From the NCBI GenBank assembly GCA_016748015.1, contig JAAOMT010000523.1, forward strand, positions 186,001 through 250,000: a stretch of 64,000 bases of DNA, given 5' to 3'. The notes beneath the pieces were generated by a model. That model did not search any database, was not told the DNA's origin, and was given only the letters and a program-made list of their open reading frames with translations. The translations under genes were made by a program, and so were the position numbers. Source of the DNA: Geosiphon pyriformis uo1. Taxonomy: Eukaryota > Fungi > Glomeromycota. Numbering within the stretch: position 1 is the stretch's first letter; every line of letters begins with the position of its first letter. Shown here piece after piece: positions 54,801-64,000 of this stretch.

Positions 54801-57800
54801 CCGATTTTGAAGAAGAAAAAAATAGCAATCAGGAAATTAATACTTAAAATCCAATCTAAAAAAATCTGAAAATTCAAACTTCAATTGTTCCAACTCAGCA
54901 AAATCAGAACAATCCAAACACCATTCTTATTGTTTCCTAAAACTTTCAATAATTGTGATCAATCTACTATCAGTTTCACCAATTATTAAACAGCAACAAC
55001 AACAGCTGCCACCATCTACTTAGTCACAATCTCAACAACCAAACCTATCACAACAACTGATTACAGCACCAATGATCTATGCACTAATTGCCAAACTAGA
55101 AAAATTTACTGGCAAAGAAGATAATGCACAAGTATGATTAAACAATGTTAAAAAAGCCATTATAGCCAATAAATAAAACAATGCCAGAGCACTACAAACC
55201 ATACCATATTTTCTACAGGATATTGCTAACTCATGGTATCAAAGCTTGGCAAATAAACCACAAGATTTCAATGCTTTTAAACTTGAGTTTCTAAGATATT
55301 TTAGTAACAATAACAGCATTAACTGCCTGGCCAATATACTTACTACTATAAAACAAGAAGATGCCAAAGCAGTCACCACTTACTTGAGACACTTTTGTTG
55401 AAATCTGTGCCAGATTTAAGTGATTAATGCCAACTATTTTACAGCACCACAAATCTTGAACCAGTTTATCCATGGTCTGTACAGTAACATCATCCAATAC
55501 ATATATTTATTACATCTAACCAACCTATAAGCAACAGTTATATACACTAAAGACTTTGAATCAGTAGAATTTGAAGCCAATCATGCCCAAGCCATAAATC
55601 TAATGATGAATAGATCATCTAAATTGGACTCCAAGCTAAAACAAATCAGTGATTCCATTAATCAGAAAATTGAGAGATATTTAGTTAACAATTAGACAAT
55701 TTATCAACTTTCACAATGTTATGACAATTTCAGAAACTCCAGTTGTTCTCAGAATCAGATGCATTTCTTATCATCAGTTAATCAACTGTGGCAACAAAAG
55801 ACACATATGTGTTATAATTATAATAAACAAGGCCATATAAGAACTAATTGCTGTGTTAAATTTAATAATAACTATTTATGATCAGAAAATTGATATCAAA
55901 GTCCTGATTACAGATTTCAAATTTCGAATCATTATCCAAATTAGAATTAGTATTAATTTTATTACACCCAAATAATGTATTAACTAATTTACCAACCTCC
56001 AGCATCCATAATATATTAATTGCAGCCACAAATCATCTATCAACTTCAACAACTTCAAACATTGCCACCAATTCCAGCTCAGACACCTAGAAACCAATGG
56101 CTGAAAATGACCCAAAACTGGAAATTGGCAATAATTGTTTATCAGCCAATTCCAAACTCCTAAAACCAATTATTAGAATCATGCTAGCAAAGTTCAGAAA
56201 CTAGTTACACCCAAAACCCAAATGCCCAATACTATTTAAGTCTTCTAGTTACCCCAGAAGACATCCAACCCAATCATCAGAAAACCAACCAAAAGCCACT
56301 CACCAACAATATACTTCCAGCCACTATTACAAATAACAAATTACTAGCTGCAATTTTTTTTTTGAACTTGAGAAACCAACAATAACTCTATTATTTAGTA
56401 GAACTGCCCTAGACACAAAATTCATCACTGTGATATACACCAATGCTAAGATTGATAGTCAGTTTATCAAACTGATCTTAGACAGTGGTTCAACAGGCAG
56501 CATTATCACATCTCAACTTATAGACCAATTAGGTAGCCAAGTTAATTGCACTGTTAGTGTCAGAATAATAACAGTTAATAAAGCAACTAAAACCCCTATT
56601 AGCAAAATTGATAACTTTCCATTTAAAGTCAACAGTATTGTTATACCCATAAAGGTTTTTATTATAGAAGCCACTCAGTACCAAGCTCTTGTTAATAACA
56701 ACTGGCTATCTAAAACCAACATCATACTCGACTAAATCACCCAAGAATTGCAACTAAGCCAGAATAGTCAAAACATACAGATACCAGCCATTTGTGATTA
56801 TTTCAAGACCAATACTAATGAACAGCCACTAATTAAGTTCAAAAGAAAAGAAAAAAAACCTACATGGAAAATGTATCAGGTATGATGAGCTGAAAAAGAA
56901 CACAACAAATTGCCATTAGTATCTGTCTGAGAAAAAAAAGGAAAGGGAAAAGAAAAAAAAAAAACTCCCCCAAGCAAACATCTTTACATATACACCATAC
57001 ACCACTACAATTCAACATCAGCCAAATTATTGTTAACCAAAATTAATTTGCATTAATTGTGGTAAAAAATTGTTCATAATAGACATATGTTGTGGTAATA
57101 ATAAAGAATAGCCAACTGCAACCAAGTTTTACTGTTACTTATGTATTTTTAAACACTTTGGACGACTTAAACAACAAAAAAAATAGGACAATAAACTATG
57201 TCTGGCTTGTGGAGAAATTTTTTTAGATAAAGAAATGTGAAATGATATTCCTGAAAGAGAAAAAACATGTAACAAATTATGCCAATATATGATTCTAATC
57301 AGTAATTGGATATGCAAAAATGCATTAATAGATACTGCCTAGAGAAAAATAATAAAATACTTAAATAGTTGTCCACATAATAATAACAAAATTTGGTAAA
57401 TGGCCCTCACCAAAATTAAAAGTGTGTCAAAAGAAGAAATAAAAAAAATAAAAAATAATCTGCCAGAACTTATAGAACTTAATTGAATTCTGAATCTCAA
57501 TATTATCTTTAATGCTATGAACTCAGAACAATTTCATAAACATTATCAAAACTTAGCACTTACTAAGAAAGAGCAAGAGCAATGTTTAGAGCAACTAAAC
57601 ATTCAACTATATGATTACTGTTTAATTTCATGTGATTTTCAATATTGTAATGAGTGTGACCTTATTTACAATTTATTACTACACATGATTTACACGATTC
57701 CAGAAGAAAAAAAACCAATCAGCAGCTGTGTATCAGAATTAGAATTGAAATTCAATTCCAATTCAAACTCTAATGATGATAACAAAAACAATGATTTCAG

Positions 57801-60800
57801 CTCAATCCAAAATGGCAACATTAATAACAAAAATTTAGACTCTGATTCAAACCCAAAACAGTACATCACCCTTCTTAATCTTTCTAAGAAGCAGGAATTA
57901 AAATGGTTCAGTGATAATAATGAAGGTATTATGTCAGAATGCATACATAATACTAATGCAGGGTTTGATTTAAGATATTTTGGAAAAGATGCCATCAAAT
58001 TGGAACCACATTTGCATACATATATTGATCTAAAAGTAGCACTAGAAATTTCAACAATAACAATAATTCAACTAGTATCTAAAAGTAATTTAGCAAAAAA
58101 AGAAATCAACATTAGAGAAAGAATAATTAACACAGGATATATAAAAAATATTATTGCAATACTATAAAATGACTCAAAAAAAAATATATTATTGAACAAA
58201 ATAAAAAAATAGCATAGAGAATATTCTTATCTTTAGTTAAAATAGTTCAGTTAGTATCAATAAAAAATAGAAAGAAATTAGGAATAACAGCAAAAAAGAT
58301 CAGTGAATTTAGATTTACAAATAGAATAAATATACTAGTTAATATGGCAGAGAAAAAAGTTATTAACAAGAAAGAAATTATCTTCACTTATCAATCAATT
58401 TCTATTCTATTCTATAACCAGTACATGTTAGCCATAGAAAAGAGAGTAAAGGATTAAACTCAAATTTTTGAAGTGAAAATTACAATTTGTAAATCAGAAA
58501 ATATTGGACTTACCAATCTTTACATATCAACCAAAAGCTCTAAACACATTAAAATTCCTATCTATAATATAACTGGAGACATTATCAAAATACCAAAAGA
58601 AACTATCATTGGATATTTAAGCACTGAAGTTAAAAATCAACCACCAAACACCATTCCAGATTTTTTACAACTATGCAGATATGTAAATATCACATTACAA
58701 ATAATATATGGACAAAAAAAATGTTATTTGCTCTAACCAAAACAATTAGAACAAATGAACTTGGAAAATCTAAATTTACTTTAAAAAATGCAGCTTAAGA
58801 TGTTATTCAACAATTTTACAGATATTTTCACAAGTGAAAATGAATTTGGCAGAACCAACATTATTTAACATCAAATCTAGACTATAGATGCAATGCCAAT
58901 TAAACAATGAGCATACTAAGTACCACTAGTCAGCCATGAGATAATCTGACAAAAAATCAATCAAATATTAGACAATAGATTAATTCAATTATTAATGAGT
59001 CCATGGTTATTACCAGTGGTATTAGTCCATAAGAAGAATGAAAAAATTCACTTTTGTATGGATTATAGAAAGCTTAACAATATAACTCCTAAAGACAACT
59101 ACTCCATTCCATAAATCCAAAAATTATTTGATGCTTTTAAAGAAAAGAAATGGTTTTTCACATTAGACTTGGATAGTGATTACTGACAGATAGCCATAAA
59201 TTCAGCCAACAAAAAAAAAACTGCATTTACTACCAGAAAAGAAAATTTCAAATTTGAAGTCATATCATTGAGCTTAACTAATACTCCAGCCATATTTCAA
59301 TGACTTATGAAAATTGTTTATACTAAACTGCTATAAGAATTAGTAGTTGTATATCTGAATGACATCAATGTGTTTTCAAAAATATTTGATGATCATTTGC
59401 ATTATCTTCAGCAAGTGTTTAAGAGATTAAAAAGAGCAGAATTGAAACTGAATACAACTAAGTGCTTTTTCGGCAAAATGGAATTGAAATTTTTAGAACA
59501 TATTATGAGCAAAAATGGTATTAAAACAGATTCAGATAAGATTGAGATAGTAAAAAACTTTTTAGTACCAACAAACTTGACAAAATTACAGACATTTTTG
59601 GAATTTGCTGAATATTACTATCACTTTATACAGAATTTCTCAAAAATAGCTCAACTATTCTACCAGCTTTAAGCCAAAAATGTAAAATACAAATGAACTA
59701 AAAAGCAACAAAAAGCTTTCAACACTTTAAAAAAAAAGCTTATTCAAGCACCAGTATTGATCTATTCAAATCATAACAAGCCATTCATCATTACTACCAA
59801 TGCATTTGCCCAAGCATTGAGAGCAGTATTATTACAAAGAGGACTAAATGAAAGAGAACATCCAGTAGCATATGCCAGCTGAAGTTTAAGTCCAGCTAAA
59901 AAAACTATGGAACACCAGTACTAAAACATTTAATTATTTATTGAGCAGTTATGAAATAGAAAAAATACTTAAGCCAGAAATTTGACATATACACTAATTA
60001 CAAAGGATTGACATTAATCTAAAAGCAAAAATTTGGAGATAATCATTATGCAAGATAGAAAATAAAACTTTTACTATTCAAATATACCATACATTATAAA
60101 AATGGAAAAAAAATAAAAATGCTAATGGTTTGTTGTAAATAAAACAAATCTAAGAATATTTCAACCCAAAAATATAACAAAAGATAAATATTATATTAAT
60201 ACCTAGCAGTTTAAGGAGAAATTATTTCCAAAGAAATAGAACAACATAAAACAACAATCCAAATATTTTTTCACTCACCAAAATATATTATATCGGAAAA
60301 ACAGAAAGAATCTAGATCAACCACTCAAAGTAATTACAAAATCAGAAAAAGAAACAATACTATACAACATGTATTCAGATCCAACAGCAGAACACTTTTA
60401 TAAAGAAGCAATCATGAAAAAAACCAGAAAAAAATACTATTGGCCATTAATATATCCAGATATTATCCAATATGTTCAAAATTGTAATGCTTGTCAGAAA
60501 AAAGGAAGAACAAAACATAGCAAACCACTAAGACCAATTAGAATAGAACAACTATTTGATAGAATTGGGATTAACTTAGTTAGACCACTAACAATAACCA
60601 GCAGAGGCAATTATTATATAGCAGTAGTTATGAATTATTTCACAAAATAATTAGAGGCAAAGGCAATTTAAAGAGTGAATGCAGAATTTGTAGCCGAATT
60701 CATTTACCAAGATTTAATTTACCAATATGAATGTTCAAAAAAATTGTTATCAGATTAAGGCATTCATTTTGTAAACAGAATATTAACAAAATTAAGCCAA

Positions 60801-61595
60801 AGATTTGGAATCAAAAGACTATTATCATTATCATATTATTCACAAACCAATGACTTAGTCAAAAGATTCAATAAAATATTATATAAAGCAATCACCAAAA
60901 TTAGCCAAAAAAACCAGGACAAATAGAATTTGTTTATACCATTAGTACTATTTGCTTATCGAACAATAAAGCAAGACACTACACAAGCAACACTATTTGA
61001 ACTTGTTTATGATAAAACAGCAACATTACCAATTGAGATAGAAATCAATACATATTTAACTGAACCAATAAATGAAGCCAATTTTCAAAGAACATTACTA
61101 AAAAGAATGTATAAACTAATAGAAACATTAGAAAACAAAAAATAGAGAGCAGCTGATAGCATTCAAAGGTCACAAAAAAAATAAAAAAAAAGACATGATA
61201 ACTAATTATTAGACAAACTAGTTAAATTTAGAATTGGAGACAAAGTACTCTTACATTATATCAAAGTAGAAAAACAATGGAGTGAAAAATTTGACTCCAA
61301 ATGAGATAGACTATTTTACATTGAAAAAATTCTAGGAAATGAAGCTTACAAATTAAGATAGAACAACAAAATTTTAATTAAAACAGCACATAAAGATCAA
61401 CTAAAATCATATTATAATACAGTATTATCATTTATCAATAATATTTTACAACTAAGAGTACAACAAATACTAGTTCAACCAAATGAGATCCCATGAGATT
61501 TGGAACCAATTATAATCATTGATTTAAATGCATTAAACTGATTAACCAAAAGAGTATATAAAGACACAGTATATGTAACAAAAGAACTAAAAAAA

Positions 61596-62238
61596 ATGGA
61601 AATATTAAACTATATTCACACCTTAGCTTAACAATTATTTTAGGCCTTAACCCAACAACAATTTCCATGTTCAATTGTTGTCAACCACCAAACAATCTGC
61701 TATTGAAACACCAAACAGAAAAAAAAAACAAAAAATACACTATATCAGCGACCACAAAACCAAACAAGAAACTGGTCAGATAAAATAGTAAAAAAAGTGA
61801 AAAGCACTTTTGGGAAAATACCCATTATGATTCCAACTGAAGAATTCACAAAAAAAAAATTGGAATCAGTAAATGGAACAACTTCTAATACCATATTGTT
61901 ATTATCAATTGAGACAAAAATCAAATATTCAGAAATTATATCTTAATAAATTTAAAAGAATATTTAATCCAAAAATAATATAGAACATCAAAGACATTAT
62001 TGGAAAGAAAACAAATCTGATACTACACATTAGAACAATTTATTAATTACACACAAAATTTCAAAACTACTCAGAAATATTGCTATATCTCAACATGGAA
62101 ACAATAATTATTAACCAGTGAGAGAGAATGAACAACTTACAAATCGAAAATATAAGAAACAGAATTGAATAAACAATATTAGAAAGAGAAGTTATGAACC
62201 TAATTCAAAATAAAAATTTTAACAGAGCTTAATATTAA
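61596..62238 (+). pseudogene. Extra ORF of element D
   Basis: MEILNYIHTLA*QLF*AL...NFNRA*Y*. Same position and upstream TATA as in A and C. Confidence 0.7.
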
Positions 62239-62251
62239 AAAGAGGAGATAA

Positions 62252-62845
62252 TATTACTTATAGAAAAAACATACAAGAAAATAGTAGGAAAAACAAATAA
62301 ACCAATAAGAAAATAATAATTAACACATAAGCACATTGCTTGAAAAATTATAGCACATCACTCAAAAATATAAGTGATTTTATAGAACTCAAATTATGTA
62401 TATATAGCAAGAATGTTAGAAGCAAAAAAGACAAAATTCTCAAATAGAATTGATACTAAGATCTTTTAGTTAAAACATCTTAGCTAGAATTATTAATATT
62501 AATAAATAATTATTTACTATCTAAATTACTTTCCACATTATCAACATTTTATGTTAATAGTATCTAATGCTTGATTATACTGAAACAATAGCTCTTAATC
62601 ACAACTATTGATAAGATACTAATTTTTCTTGCCTTGGCTTATTTCTTTATTTTTTTTGTTATTTACTAATTAATAAAAAGAATTAACATGTGAGATACTA
62701 ACATCAAGATATAGCACTGGTAAAAATCTAGGCATAAAGGTAAACACTCAGATTTGAAAATAGCTTATTAAGAGATTGTCAGCCATTATGCCAAGAAAAG
62801 AATTGATGGAATTGCAATTTTGAGAAGTGGTGGACAACAAAGCAT
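62252..62845 (+). repeat. 3' LTR of element D (interrupted)
   Basis: Matches 52188-52815 up to ...ggacaacaaagcat. Confidence 0.9.
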
Positions 62846-64000
62846 TGTTACAGGATGGTTTTCTTGTTATATTTAATTGCTGATATCCCATTTTAATTGC
62901 AATCAGTCTTTCGTGAGTTCCTCAATTCTATTTGTGTGATAATGTTACTGTTATACTGAAGGCTTTTTTTTTAATGTTGTGATGTAAGTTATTCTTCAAT
63001 TCCTGATTGTTGTGTGTGTTTATGTACTTCTTCTCAGAGGCTGAACTGAAATCTACCCACTGTCTGGGGTCTTCTCTGAGGCTATCCTTGCAATTGCCTG
63101 ATGTGTTTTTCTAATCTAGAAACACAGAATGTTAATGGTCTTTAGCACTTTTTCTAATTCTTACAATAAAGCTTTTATCAATTAGTAACAATGTAAATAA
63201 TCTTGATCAAGAATTATTCTTCCAAAAGATTCAGTTGATGAATAATAGTTTTATTCAATAAATAATAAAAGTAAGTTTCTTAATACTTTGGGTTATGATA
63301 ATTTAGTTTTAAATATTCTTTTTCATTTCTTTTTAATTTAAAGGTTTCTTGGGATATTTAATTTGAAAGTATGATTTAAAGTGGAGTTTGTTAGATAAAA
63401 TTGGATCTATTGCTTGATAAGTTATGATTTTTATTACTTTATTTCTTTTCCTAATATTAAAACTACTGTATATATACATGTTTGTAGTTCTATGAGAAAA
63501 CACATTGTAATACTTTCTTTTTGATATTTCAATCTGGTGTTTTCTGCTATCACCAGTTAGTGTTGGCTGCTATTGTGAACTGGTGCTTGCCACTATCGCG
63601 AGATGGTATTTGCTATTATGTTAATCATTACTTTTCTAAGATTATTACTGCGCTATATTATGATTGAATAGTTTGTATTATTTTTATGATTCTTTTTGCT
63701 AAATTTTTAAACCATAACATTATCCCCTCCTTTCAAAATTGAGCTTCGTCGAAATTGAAGTTAATTTCTTCATTAAATTCTAAGTTACTATAGTGGTTCA
63801 ATACTGTGTTATTAATTTGTTGTTGTAATTCTTGAAATTGCGAATTGGTAAGTCATCTAATACTGTTGGTTGTTATTATGTTTATGGTTGGGTCCAACAA
63901 TAATTTGTGACAGTTTTCAAATGCTTTGAAAATTCTGTAAACTGTTTTTGAATGGAATGTAGTGTTGGTTTTTCCAATGAAAGGTTCTAATAGTTGAATA
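62846..64000 (-). mobile_element. 3' end of Ty3/Gypsy element F (3' LTR 62846-63719, PPT, C-terminus of extra ORF), inserted in the 3' LTR of D
   Basis: tgttac.../...ataaca termini. Minus-strand PPT gaaaggaggggataa. The ORF ...KTVYRIFKAFENC...FNFDEAQF* ends at 63733. Confidence 0.88.

Larger units (their letters stand above)
52188..62845 (+). mobile_element. Near full-length, heavily mutated Ty3/Gypsy element D
   Basis: 5' LTR 52188-53008, PBS tttggtgctctc 53009-53020, gag, PR 'LILDSGSTGS', Cys-rich region, dUTPase ~57930-58330, RT, RH, IN, extra ORF 61596-62238, PPT and 3' LTR 62252-62845 interrupted by element F. Confidence 0.93.

Overview
Eukaryotic, fungal-type DNA with short GT-AG introns. 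The gene set and TE style suggest Mucoromycota/Glomeromycotina (inference only). Two compact gene islands that retain CpG sit inside nested, decayed retrotransposons. Island 1 (~20.5-26.9 kb) holds G6PDH, a BTB/POZ protein and an App1-type phosphatidate phosphatase. Island 2 (~43.9-49.4 kb) holds a bZIP factor and Prp9/SF3A3. The TE blocks contain five Ty3/Gypsy LTR elements (labelled A, B, C, D, F), three solo LTRs, two recognisable LINEs (composite APE-RT-RNase H-CCHC architecture) and LINE relics. All TE copies are pseudogenised, mostly by C>T/G>A changes. The best candidate for an undescribed system is the Gypsy lineage itself. Its pol carries a Cys-rich insert, a dUTPase and a degenerate dUTPase-like repeat between protease and RT, and has no chromodomain. 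A conserved ~210-225 aa extra ORF, preceded by a TATA box in three copies, lies between integrase and the PPT. Three dissimilar LTR families each carry a U5 segment complementary to the PBS, and the 4-bp target sites tend to be centred on CpG. The near-pure AT belts around the gene islands are TE copies erased by C>T change in all contexts (RIP-like). All coordinates were read by eye.
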